DNA of 64,000 nucleotides from Eledone cirrhosa (Eukaryota): NCBI GenBank assembly GCA_964016885.1, contig OZ024743.1, positions 305,474,001 to 305,538,000 of the forward strand, read 5' to 3'. Shown piece by piece: positions 12,752 to 24,747 of this stretch (position 1 is its first letter; each line of letters starts with the position of its first letter). The notes under the pieces were generated by a model. It saw only the letters and a program-made list of their open reading frames with translations, ran no database searches and was not told where the DNA came from. The position numbers and the translations under genes were made by a program.

Positions 12752-15015
12752 GGAATAGTGTTCTGAACACAGAACCATACAACTATTTCAGTACACTGGG
12801 TAGTGACCACCGGCTTCTTATGAGTGAGGTCTGGGTGAGCTTATAAAGAGCAAGGCTCGGCCCTGGAGAGCAATCTATGACTGGGGAGCTTTCAAGGAAG
12901 ATGATAAGCTACAGGAGAGGTTCACAGTGGAAGTGAGAAACAGGTTCAGTGCTCTGTGTGGAGAGTCAGAGGAGAGAGAGATTGGATGGACTGAGGAGAG
13001 TGTGACAAGGCAGTACGGGCACTTCACCAATGCAGTAGCGGCGCAAGTGAAACCCTGGTGCAGAGGAAAAAGAACAAAAGGAAGCACGTCAGCTCTGCAA
13101 ACCCAAAAGTGTGTGCAGCCAGAGAACACCTGAAAGCTGCCAAGGACCAATTCTCTGCTTATCCTACGGAGGAGAGGATGGAGACTGTGGAGGTGATGAG
13201 GGAAGAACTCTGTACCGCTTACACTGAGGCCAGAGAGGAGGCACTGATAGAGAAGATCAGAAGTGTGGAGAGAGCGGTTGACAGATCCGGATGTAAGGAG
13301 AGCTGGATGATCATCAACGAGATCACAGGGAGGAAGAGAAGGTGTTCGAATCAGATCCAGGGAATGGGGTCCGAGGATAGGAAGAGGAAATGGCTAGACC
13401 ATTTTAGGACCCTACTAGGAGAGCCACCCTCCACAGCCCAGAGCACTGGGGAGATCAGGTGGCTGTTTAAGGAACTGGATATTGAGACAGAGCCCTTCAC
13501 CAGAGAGGAGCTTCAGAGAGCCAAGAAGTGGATCAAGGAGGGCAAGGCTCATGGAGAAGATGGAGTGGCATCAGAGGTGATGAAGAGGTGTGATTTTGAT
13601 GATATCATCCTGGGGTTCTGTAACCGGGCACTGGAGAAAGGAGTTGCCCCGAATCAGTGGAGGATCAGTAACATCGTCCCAGTGCCAAAGAAGGGAGAGC
13701 TCTCTAACACCAACAACTACAGGGGGATCTCACTGATGTCACTTGTGGCAAAGACCCTCAACAGGATGATTCTTAACAGGATCCAGCCTGAGATGGAGAA
13801 GAAGCTCAGGGACAACCAGAACGGCTTCAGAGAGGGTAGATCAACCACCAGTCACATCCTGATGCTGAGGAGGATATTAGAGGGTGCTAGAGCAAAGTAC
13901 CTTCCTGCGGTCATGGTTTTCATTGACTTTAGGAAGGCCTTTGATTCTGTGGACCGTTACTGCCTGATGACGATCTTACAGGCTTATGGAATCCCCAAGA
14001 GGATAGTGGACCTGATATCACTGCTCTACACCAACACCAAAGCCCAAGTCATTACACCTGATGGGATGACAGAGTTCTTTGAGATACTGGCTGGAGTGCT
14101 CCAGGGAGATACATTGCCTCCCTACCTTTTTATCATCGTAGTGGACTATTGTATGCGACTTGCACTGGAGAAACACCAGGACACTTGCTTTACTGTAGCA
14201 CCGGCTCAGAGCAGGAGAGTTGGGGCGAAAAAGGTATCGGATGCTGAATTTGCCGACGACATAGTTTTGGTGACAAATACAGTGAAGGAGGCAGAGGATT
14301 TGATGCGGGAGGTTGAGACTGTGTCGATGAGTGTGAGGCTGAGAATGAATGAGACTAAAACAAAATATCTGGTAGAGAATATTGAGAAGCCAGAGGGGAT
14401 CACTAATGTAGGCGGGAAGCCGCTGGAATTGGTTGAGGACTTCCTGTATTTGGGAGCAAAGATTGGGAATACGGAAGATGATGTGGTTGAGAGGAAGAGC
14501 AAGGCCTGGGCGGCGTGTCACAGCTTGAGATCGGTGTGGAAGTCGGACCTTCGTAGAGACCTGAAAATCCGCCTCTTCATTGCTGTAGTGGAGTCTGTGT
14601 TGCTGTACGGTTCTGAGACTTGGACACTGACCAAGAAACTCACTCAGATGGTGGATGGGTGCTACACGAGAATGCTGAGGATGGCTCTGAACATTAATCA
14701 ATATACACTGAGGATGAAAAACTCAGAGCTGTATGGGAGCATCCCAAAAGTCAGCTCAAATGTCACACAGAGGAGACTGAGGTTAGCTGGACATGCTCAC
14801 TGACATCCTGAGTTGACATTGCGCTCAGTGCTCCTGTGGGAGCCCCTATATGGACACACTAGAAGGGGAAGACCAAGGTTAACGTATGTTGATGCCCTAA
14901 GGACAGACACTGGTCTGTTGGAGACGCAGGACATGGCAGCGATAATGAGAGACAGAGACCGCTGGAGAGAACTCGTCCATGGATTTCGGGAATTTTACCC
15001 GCCTTAGATGGATAG
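12752..15015 (+). mobile_element. 5'-truncated RTE-X-like LINE, near-intact RT, inserted in the hAT transposase
   Basis: ORF 13058..14803 (581 aa: NYRGISL, QNGFR, FIDFRKAFDSV, GVLQGDTL, FADD, FLYLG) continues past one stop (LWEPLYGHTRRGRP); 10-bp TSD atacttagtc (12742-12751, 15016-15025). Confidence 0.9.
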
Positions 15016-16594
15016 ATACTTAGTCAAGAGGAGGTCTGATGCTGTTTCCAGACTGCACAGTAAGGCTCGCAACCGCTACAATGTAATTACACGTGGAGAT
15101 CTCCGGCTACGTCTTAAGAAAATCCAGCCTGACGTCAAAGTGTTAGCTAGACTCCATAAAGTTCAAGGGTCCCATTGAAATGAGGTCAAAGTTAAAGTAA
15201 GTTGATTTATCCGAAAACATGGATATGCTATTGTTACAAAGCAAACTAACAATTTTTTTTATTTGTAGTTGCAGTCTGACTGAACTGGAAACCCTCTACT
15301 ACAATTCACTAACTCATTTGTTGTATATATTTTACCATTTACTAATAAATATACCCTCCCGCGTGGTCATGAAAACCCTTTTCTGTGGTCTCTAAGCTCA
15401 CAAGAGGGGACATCAAGTTAGATATCAACATTTATTCTGTCCACTTAATTAAAGGGAAAATTGGAAATCTTTGAAATGATATAATTGCCACTTTCTTCCA
15501 GATAAGAGCACTCTTGGGGTAAACAGAGTTGCTCTTGTATAAATGGTCAAAATAGCTGGTATCGCCTGGTGGGAATATAACAAATTCAACTGGTCCTTAT
15601 TCATAAAAAAGAACATTTAGGTTCTTTTTTTTGAAATTTATATATTTCCTTTCAAGGAATGTATTTATACGCTCAGCTGCCTCCAATGGTATCTTTGGAA
15701 TATTCTTAATAAATTTTTTACTAATCTACTGATATCAAAATCAGTAGTATATTAAAAGATGGAAAAATAGGGTAGGAGGCGTTTCGTGATTTCGAGGGAC
15801 AAAAGGGGGCGTTTGGCCTAAATGGGTTGAGAACGTGTGCTCTAGATCATGAAATAATGAATAGAATTGCACGGCTACTGTTGCCTTTGGAAATATGTGA
15901 GCAAGGGTATGGAATGAGAGAGGATTCAGTTTGAAAACCAAAATCTCAGTTGACCATGCAGTTGTCTCAACATTGCTGTATGAATCTGAACTGTGGGCAC
16001 CATATAGAAAACATATACAGCTAGATACTTTCCACAAGAGATGTCTTACAAATATCTGTGATTTCATATGGAAGGATAAAGTCTCTAATGAACAGTTATT
16101 TCATAAATGTGATATACAAAGCACAGAGGCCTTCTTAATAAAGTCTGAATGATAGATTGGTCATGTTGCTAGGATGAATGATGAAAAAGTGCTTAAAATT
16201 CTAACAGCTTACTTTAAGCAGGAGTGCAAAAGGAAGGAAGAGCCCATCTTAAATACAAGCATAAACTGAAGAAGAATATTAAGCACATTGTAATACAGCC
16301 AACAGTATTTGAGGAATATGCTGCTGACCATTATAGGTGGAGGAAAATCTGTCAAAAGATATCAGGAGCCATGTCAACACAAGGATTGAGCATATAAGCG
16401 ATCAAGGCAAAGTGAAAGGGATGTAGTTTTTGTTCAAAGATTTGTGTGTGAAAGATGCAGCTGTGTGCAAATGCAGGGCAGATTTAGTCTCACAGAGAAG
16501 ACACAAAAACTAAAATGTGGAGAAAAGGGAAAGTAAAATATTTTGACCCTCATACGTCGAAAACGATGAGAGAGTCAATCATATATATATATAT

Positions 16595-16668
<74 letters not shown>

Positions 16669-16807
16669 ACATATATTTATGACAGCGTGTAATTTTTATT
16701 TGGGAGAACTGCTGGATTTTAATCTACCAGTCTCTTCTTAGCGCTGAGGGAGACCATCACCATTATAGTGATGTCGATATAATTCTTATATCGATATTTA
16801 TTTGGAC

Positions 16808-16933
16808 ATCCACTGATGAGTTTATAAGAGCCCGCTTGTGTATAAAACTACGGATTATATACAAGTTTCTACATAACCTGGAAATTATTTATCCCAATTT
16901 GTAGAAATCTTATAACGAAACGGCCATCTGGAA
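16808..16933 (+). ncRNA. type I hammerhead ribozyme (Penelope-type) with branched stem II
   Basis: tcca-CTGATGA-gtttataaga...tcttataac-GAAAC-GGCC-ATC-tgga. Confidence 0.7.
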
Positions 16934-17442
16934 GGAAGAGATATTTATTTAATAATGTCTCATATAAAATAATACAACCAGCTATCCACGAAATACTGAT
17001 TAGTTAGCACCCAAACACTAAATTGGGATAATACTTAAGTATATCCTAATGTTTGTTGAGTGAGATGGAATTGGTCGGAGTATCGCTTAAGGCTTTCTCT
17101 GCTTATGTATTGTATATATATATATATATATATATAGTTGAAGGAGACAACAAACAGAGGTACAGAATGTCTTATTAGTTTCATGTTTTATATTGGAAAG
17201 AAGAAAGAAACTTTGACATGTTGGTCTTAAGGCCTTCTTCAGGAGTACAAATAGAGACAGGATCACAATAGAGAAACAGATATCTATATACATATGTATG
17301 TGATTGACGGGTGAGAGAAAATTAGAGTTGTAATATGCCAAAGTAGAGTTATAATATTCATTTTATTAAGGCTAAATAGAAAGTCTTTTTACTCCAGAGC
17401 TTTGCCTGTTTATCATAGGGTGATCAGTCTGAGGAACCTGTG

Positions 17443-17508
<66 letters not shown>

Positions 17509-18109
17509 GTGTGTGTGAGTGTGTGTGTATCATCATCATTATCACCATTTAACATACATTTTCCATGCTAACATGGGTTTGACGAGCTGTCCCATTAGAG
17601 GCAAGTCGGATCAGGTAACTGTGTCTTGTTCATACGGAACTATCTCTGGCCTGGATTCTATGGTTGGATGCCCTTCATAATGCCAACCACATTTACAGTG
17701 TGGACTGGGTGCTTTTTATTGAGGTAACACAATAACCTCTTTACAGTATGAGCTGGGCATATTTTGTCATGACACCAACATGTCCACTTTACGTTGTGGA
17801 CTGGGCTCTTTTTGTCATGGCACAAAAACAACCACTTTAAGGTATGGACTTGAGCCTGGGGCATGGGGGTGAAGAGTGGGGGTTAGAACATGCGAGGAGT
17901 GTTAGCGTATGGGAGGTGAATGGAAAGGGGGGGATAGGCAGAAACTGGTGCATACTAGATATATGCTTCAACCGGTGCACATTGAAAGATGTGAATATAT
18001 ATATGTGGAAGGAGAGAGACAAAGAGAGATATAAAATCCCTACTGCCGTGCCAAATGGTATATATATATATATATAAATATATATAATTAAAATAAGACT
18101 AGTTCTAAA

Positions 18110-19470
18110 TAGAACTACTGTGACAATAATATCAGCTTATGCACCCCAATCTGGTCTACCTGGCATTCAGTTAGTTGACCAGGTCATGAAGGTCACAGAA
18201 AGATTTATAGCGCAACTAATCAGAGAAATGCAGATGAAATGTTTGGGTTTGTAGAAGTACCACATACGTACTTTTCCTTGTACGACAACTACAGGAGAAG
18301 TACCTAGCTAAAAGTAAACCCCTCTACTTAGCTTTTGTAGACCTGGAGAAAGCCTTTGACAGAGTTCCAAACTCCATTATCTGGTGGGCTCCTAGAAAAC
18401 TAGGTGTAGATGAATGGCTTGTGAGATCTATACAAGCTTTGTATAAAGAAACAGTCAGTAAGGTTAGAATTAACAATGAATATTGTGAAGAATTTATTGT
18501 AAAAGTTGGTGTTCATCAAGGCTCTGTCCTTAGCCCCTTCCTATTTATTATTGCCCTTCAGGCTATAACAGAGGAGTTCAAGACTGGCTGCCCATGGGAA
18601 CGCCTATAAGCAGATGATCTAACTCTCATAGCTGAATCTATGACTGAACTAGAGAAGAAATTCCAAACATGGAAGCATGGCCTAGAATCAAAAGGCCTTA
18701 AAGTTAACTTGTCTAAGACTAAAGTTCTAGTTTGTAGAAAGGAAAATAGGCCACAGGTGCCCTCAGGGAAATGACCATGCTCAGTGTGTAGGAAAGGACT
18801 AGGCAGAAATTCCATTTTATGTCCCAAATGCAAACTATGGATACATAAATGATGTAGTGGGATCACAGGTAAACTGTCTAAGAATGTAGATTTTATATGT
18901 AGCCAATGCTCAGGGGCAATAAGTAGCAAGTGCCCAGAGGATATTAGCTCCTTCTATTGCCCAGATGGTTCTATAGAAATAGTGGACACTTTGTTACTTG
19001 GGTGACAAATCAGCAGTGGTGGAGGGTGGAACGGGATGGAAAATTTTAGAGAAGTTATACCACTGTTGGCTACAAAAGGTTTCTCTGTAAAAATGAAAGG
19101 CAGACTGTATGATGCCTATATACAAACAGCAATGATACATGGCAGTGAGACATGGGCATTGCATGCAGAGGACCTGCGCAAACTGGAAAGGAACGAAGCA
19201 TGCATGCTCCATTGGATGTGTAATAGTAATATACGTGAATGGCAAAGCATAAATAAACTAAGTGAGAAATTAGGAATAAGAGGGATCAGATGCTATTTAC
19301 TTGAGAGAAGACTACGTTGGTATGGCCATGTGATGCGCATGAAATATGACTGCTGTATAAAAAAGTGCAGGGCGATCAAAATTGTGGTAGTTACGGAGTA
19401 GGTAGACTCAGAAAAAGCTGGGACGATCTGATAAATTCTAACCTTACACACTTGCACCTCTCTATTACAA
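18110..19470 (+). mobile_element. RTE-clade LINE fragment, same family as 9029-10740
   Basis: FVDLEKAFDRVP, GVHQGSVLSPFLF, KGRLYDA..MIHGSETW, ERRLRWYGHVMR; contains stops and frameshifts. Confidence 0.85.
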
Positions 19471-20951
19471 TGTCACTGGACCGAGATCTTTGGCGCTACG
19501 CAATAATACAGAAGACCCGCCTTGCCTATGTACAAAGCAGAACCTACAGTCAGTAGGCACCTCTTAACCAAATATACACCCCAATCCACTACCTCTACCC
19601 TATCCTCCCACTCCCACCAACACCACCCTCTCTCTGTAAAGTTGGTACCACAACATCCAATCCAAATAAATGAGATAATAAGATTGGGATCGTGTAGGTG
19701 TCACGACAAAAAAACACACAGTCCACACTGAAATGTGGCCATGTAGGTAACATGGTTAATGCGGTTGATGTTAGGAAGGGCATTACTGTAAATGTGGTTG
19801 ATGTTAGGAAGGGCATCCAGCCATAGAAGACCTGCCAGATAGTCCTATATGAGCGAAATACGGTCACCCAACCAACCTTGCCTCAAGTGGGACAACTCCC
19901 GTCTAACCCATGCTAGCATGGAAGATGGACATTAAACGAAGATGGTGATGATGATGATGATGATGTGTGTGTGTGTTTTTGTATGTGTTTATCTATAAAT
20001 TCTTCAATCAGCCTGTTTGCCTATCTAAGGGTACAAAAATCTCCAGAAATCTATGTGAATATGTGTTCAATACATATATGAGAGTAACTCAACATATTTA
20101 ATCAACTAATGAAAAGAAACAATATTCCATTCCTATTTCATAGTAAAATCATTAGCAAAGGAAAAATATCTACTGAAATACAATTCCTCCAGCCAAATAA
20201 ACCTAAAATATACCGTGAGCAAGTAATGAATTGCATGTAAATATGAGTGGAAGCTAGAATTTGGCAAAATATATCCTTTGTAAGCAGCAAGAACATTGAT
20301 GTAACAGGCTCTATTAAATATTGGAAGACTCTTTAGTAGTGTATAGTTTATAAAGTGAAGATGGATGTTCTGAAAATACACTAGATTGAGTGAGAATTAG
20401 TTGAAAAATATTCATGGATCTACAACCTTGGTAGCTATAAACGGTTTCTCTATCTAAAAGCTAGATTGTATGATGCCCATACAAAGTGAGTAAGTCTTAG
20501 TACATGAACAATAAAGCATTACTGGACTAAGAGAAAAACTAGGTATGAGGGGGATGAGATGCAGCATACATTAGAGTAGATCACATAAAGAAATGCAGGG
20601 CACTCAAAGTTGATGGAATCTGTGAAAATGAAAGAACTAAGAAAACATGAGATGACCTCACTAAGCTGAACCTTACAATGGAGGTAACAAAAGCTAGAGA
20701 AAACCTGCCCTTTACTGTGAGCAGGATGACACAAGTATAGGGAGGATGGTAGTGTAGAGGTTAAGAGATATACCTACCGTTAGGCCCCTCACAAATATGC
20801 TCTATAACCTACCCTTTTGATTCTCCATTTGTCTCCCCATCCTACCGTAATCTGATTTTTCTCATTCTCTTAATTTCCCTCTTTACTATCTAATCACTCT
20901 ACCCATCCCTGCTTTTACTCACTATAACTCATTGCCGACATTATTTAAAGG

Positions 20952-21335
20952 GGCGGTGGATTGGCAGTATCGGTAGAGGGTCGGACGCCATGCTTTCCAG
21001 CATAGTTACGTCCCTTTACGATCTGAGTTCAAATCCCGCCGAGGTTGACTTTGCCTTTCATCCTTACGGGGTCGATAAAATAAAGTACCAGTAATGCACT
21101 GGATAATTGCTGGCCTTGTGCCTAAAGTAGAAACAATTATTTAAAGGTGGTGGATTGGCAGTGTCGGTAGAAGGTCGGACGCCATGCTTTGATGCATAGA
21201 GTTACGGCCCTTGCTATTCTGTGTTCAAATCCCGCCGAGGTTAACTTTGCTTTTCATCTTTACGGGGTCGATAAAATAAAGTACCAGTAATGCACTGGGT
21301 ATTTGCTGGCCTTGTGCCAAAAGTAGAAACAATTA
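20952..21335 (+). mobile_element. tandem pair of tRNA-derived SINEs (octopus OK-like)
   Basis: A box tggcagtatcgg, B box gagttcaaatc, body ctttgcctttcatccttacggggtcgataaaataaagtaccag, tail gaaacaatt; two copies. Confidence 0.9.
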
Positions 21336-22646
21336 TTTATGAATCTAATCTCCTTCCCCATCCACTACTCTGAGTTACCAGTCATCCTACCCTCTAATCA
21401 AGGCCACCTTAACTACTCAACACTTGTTATTAACCTTTCTCTTTCCCACTTTTTCTGATGACTCTCTCAGCCATCATTTTCTGTCCCACCTAGTACCACT
21501 TTCATCATGCTCTTGTACCCTCCTCCAATATTACTATCCTCTACATGGCGGAAGACAAAACATTTGTCCTAGTGCTGGTATCACAATCAAATAAACCCAG
21601 TACATGCTATCAAATGGTTTACATAAACAAGAGCATTCAGTCCTAGAAACCATGCCAGGATATGTTCATCTTATCTGTCTAATTGCAGACCATGCCAGCA
21701 TGCAAAATGGACATGAAACAGTGATGATGATAATAATGATGTGTGCATAAAGGAAATGTTGGTTATGGATGTCACAGCTGAGGGGAGGGGCATAAGCTTG
21801 ATTTCAGGTGTAGCTGTATAAGTTTAATAAAATAAAATGGATTATGCTAAGAACTTTTTGATTAAAAGAAGTATTTCCTAATTAAGACAATCCAATAATT
21901 TAGTCTAATAGCTTTTTCTGAAGTGTGAATTTTTTTTTTTTTTAAAGAATGTTGATTTAATAAATAGAATACTATGGCTACAGGTTGGTATGGTTAGGTT
22001 CCATGTAGCTTCTATAGTAGGAAATACACACAGATGCACACACAGCCGATACACCAGGGATATAAGCACTTACAGCACACATGAGATAGATTCACTGAAT
22101 TGCCTGGAGTCTCCCTAGAAGTTGTTGGCAGATTATATTACCTAGGTAAACTAATCTGTAGTTGGAGAGGTTGATCTGAAAGTGTGTTAACCTGGGTAAG
22201 TATGGGTTGGAAGAAGTTAAAGGAATTAGTATCTGTGCTGACAACAAAGGACTTTCTAGTTTAGAGTGAAGGGTAGAGTGTATGATACCTGTGTGCAACC
22301 TGCAATGCTGCATAGCAGTAAGTCATGAACTTTGACTGCAGAAGATCTGTGAAGGCTAGAATGAAATGAGGTGAGTATATTCGGCATGAATGATGTGAGA
22401 TATTATCAAGCTGAGAAAAAATTCTGTAGAACAGTAACCTGATTTTGTATGCAAATACAATCAAAATATGAGAATCATTGATTATAGAATTTATTTTGCA
22501 GCATTTGAATTTTATAGAATACTTTTTCTTTAAAGTTCTTTTTCTTTAAAGTTCTTTTTCTGCTGAATAAAACAATCGAATTTGAAATGTCATGATAATT
22601 CTTATTTTGTTGATTTTCTCCATTTTTTCTTTAATTTTCAAATCAG

Positions 22647-22780
22647 GTACATATCAAAATATTTTACAAGAGACAAAGGTTTATGTGATTGATAATTCAT
22701 ACTGCAAGAAATATTATTCACATCTAGTGAATAACACATTTTGTGCCAATAATAACGAAGAACATCAGCCAACCTGCTAT
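22647..22780 (+). CDS. S1 serine protease, penultimate coding exon
   Basis: Acceptor ttttcaaatcag|; 134 nt, phase-compatible with the previous exon; GTYQNILQETKVYVIDNSYCKKYY...FCANNNEEHQPTCY; donor |gtaagt (phase 0). Confidence 0.92.
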
Positions 22781-22817
22781 GTAAGTATAAACTATTCTCT
22801 CATTAATTATTTCTGAT

Positions 22818-23187
22818 GGCGGTGATTTGGCAGTATCGGACATGCTTTCCAGTTACGTCCCTTTACGATCTGAGTTCAAATCTGGCCGAGGTTAACTTTG
22901 CCTTTCATCCTTACGGGGTCGATAAAATAAAGTACCAGTAATGTACTGGGTAATTGCTGGCCTTGTGTCTAAAATAGAAACAATTAATTATTTCTGATGG
23001 CGGTGGAATGGCAGTATCGGTAGAGGGTCGGACGCCATGCTTTGACACATAGAGTTACGGCCCTCGCCATTCTGAGTTCAAATCCTGCTGAAGTTAACTT
23101 TGTCTTTCATCCTTACAGGGTCAATAAAATAAAGTACCAGTAATGTACTGGGTTATTGCTGGCCTTGTGCCAAAAGTAAAAACAATT
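22818..23187 (+). mobile_element. tandem pair of OK-like SINEs
   Basis: Same family; attaattatttctga occurs before, between and after the copies. Confidence 0.9.
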
Positions 23188-23669
23188 AATTATTTCTGAC
23201 AGTTGAAAGAGTTCTTGTAATGTACAAAATGAAGAATTGTTGTTGCTTTTGTTATTTAGCAGGCCAGTATCTGGTCAAAAACATTCAAGGCCTGACTAAA
23301 TCATCTACCTTTAAGCCATAATGGATATGGGACTACATTATCCTATATCTGCCTCCTTAAATTTGGCAGCTATTTCTTGCCCGTAAAGGGGTGTAATTTT
23401 ATGCTGCAAAGCATGGCGTCCGACCTTCTACCAAAACTGCCAAAGTAACTTGCAAAGACTGTTGAAAAAAAGCCAGTTATAGAATCTGCAGATGATTGCA
23501 TAAAATTAGAAGGAAGCTTCTAAAAGAGTCTAAAGTATTTTGAGCCTGGAAGCTCATCAATCCGGTGCTTATCCCTATTTACATGGCGTTATGCAACATA
23601 GTACAAGGCTTCCTCCCGAACAGGATGCCAGTCCATTGTAAGGTTAAAGTCTCAAGGCCAGATGCTCAT

Positions 23670-23910
23670 TAGGCTGGTGCTTACCCCAGCTTTTGTGGCA
23701 TGAAGCAACTGAATGTACAGGACACTTCCCTGAACAAGGTCTCTGTCCATTGCAGGATTAAACCTCCTGCTATTGCTGGCACTCATTTTCAGCTGAGTAT
23801 ACTGGAACAGTGTGAATTGAAGTGTTTGACTCAAGAACACAACGCACAGCCTAATCTGAGAATTCAACCCTCAACATAATGATCATATATCCAACCCTTA
23901 CCACTAAGCA
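23670..23910 (-). mobile_element. second tRNA-derived SINE family (CORE-like central domain)
   Basis: Minus strand: gcttagtggtaaggg...gttgaattc...ttgtgttcttgagtcaaacactt...ctcagctgaaaatgagt. Confidence 0.55.
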
Positions 23911-24562
23911 ACCCTTACCCCTTAACACAGGGAGCCACTACAGGGTTGCTAAACCAGAAAGAATTGGTAACCAAATCATCCCCAAATCCTGCTTTGTCAT
24001 GGAAAATATAATAAATCTAGATCTATTATATCTAAAAAGAAGAGTGGATGGTCACAGTCTTTAATCTTAAGTATATGTGATCAAAGCTGACCTGAACAAA
24101 ACAACTATATCAACTGTGAGAAAATTATTTGAACAAGTAAATTGATTAAATATTGAAGTTATGGTCAAGTAAATTGTTTAGGCATCAACACTAGTTTGGA
24201 CATGATTGGAATAGATGATACACACTGAGTGTAAAAACAACAGAAAAGTTGAGTAGAAGCAAGGTAGAAAAGTTAACAAACATTACATGATAGATAATTG
24301 ATAGAGAATTAAGAGGTATGGAAAGATGTGTTGTAGATCAATACAACTTATGCTAGTATGGAAACAAACTGTTGTAACAGAGAAACATTAATGTTAAAAT
24401 TTGTTGAATATTACATAATGTCTCTCTTCCCTAGGTACATATGCAGAGTTTGGGAATGTGGGTGGTCTGTCGAATTTAGAAGATGAGTTTGGCAGGAGTG
24501 ATGAGTGTAGGTTGGCGTTCGGTTTTGGGTGTTTGCTGGGTGTTTGTGGACTGATTGGAACA

Positions 24563-24747
24563 ATAATTGTTTCTACTTTAGGCACAAGGCCAGCAATTAC
24601 TCAGTACATTACTGGTACTTTATTTTATCGACTCTGTAAGGATGAAAGGCAAAGTTAACCTCGGCGGGATTTGAACTCAGACTGTAAAGGGACGTAACTA
24701 TGCTAGAAGCATGGCGTCCAACCCTCTACCGATACTGCCAATTCACC
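24563..24747 (-). mobile_element. OK-like SINE
   Basis: Full-length reverse match to the 20952 copy. Confidence 0.9.

Larger units (their letters stand above)
11103..15839 (+). mobile_element. hAT Buster/Charlie-type DNA transposon with decayed transposase
   Basis: TIRs caaaggttctcaac / gttgagaacgtgtg; 8-bp TSD ctctagat (11095-11102, 15840-15847); transposase motifs HCVIHQQHL, HNEVRWLS, PFPSSYLV | RNR...RGDLRLRL. Confidence 0.92.
7390..16580 (+). mobile_element. degenerate RTE (BovB-like) LINE split by two nested insertions (pieces 7390-9028, 10741-11102, 15848-16580)
   Basis: In order: HPRSKEWHLIDYI (APE end), PESQSGF, FVDITKAFDTINHDALW, KQGCVMAA.LF, LFADAAAL, KTKISV...STLLYESELW, C-terminal CERC. 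Confidence 0.75.

Noticed and set aside
17190-17240. Third hammerhead on the minus strand (ctgaagaaggcc..gaccaacatgtc)
   Set aside because: The GAAA core is missing; at most a dead relic
20952-21060. Functional tRNA genes at the SINE heads
   Set aside because: A/B boxes run into a constant SINE body and tail with TSDs; no proper cloverleaf
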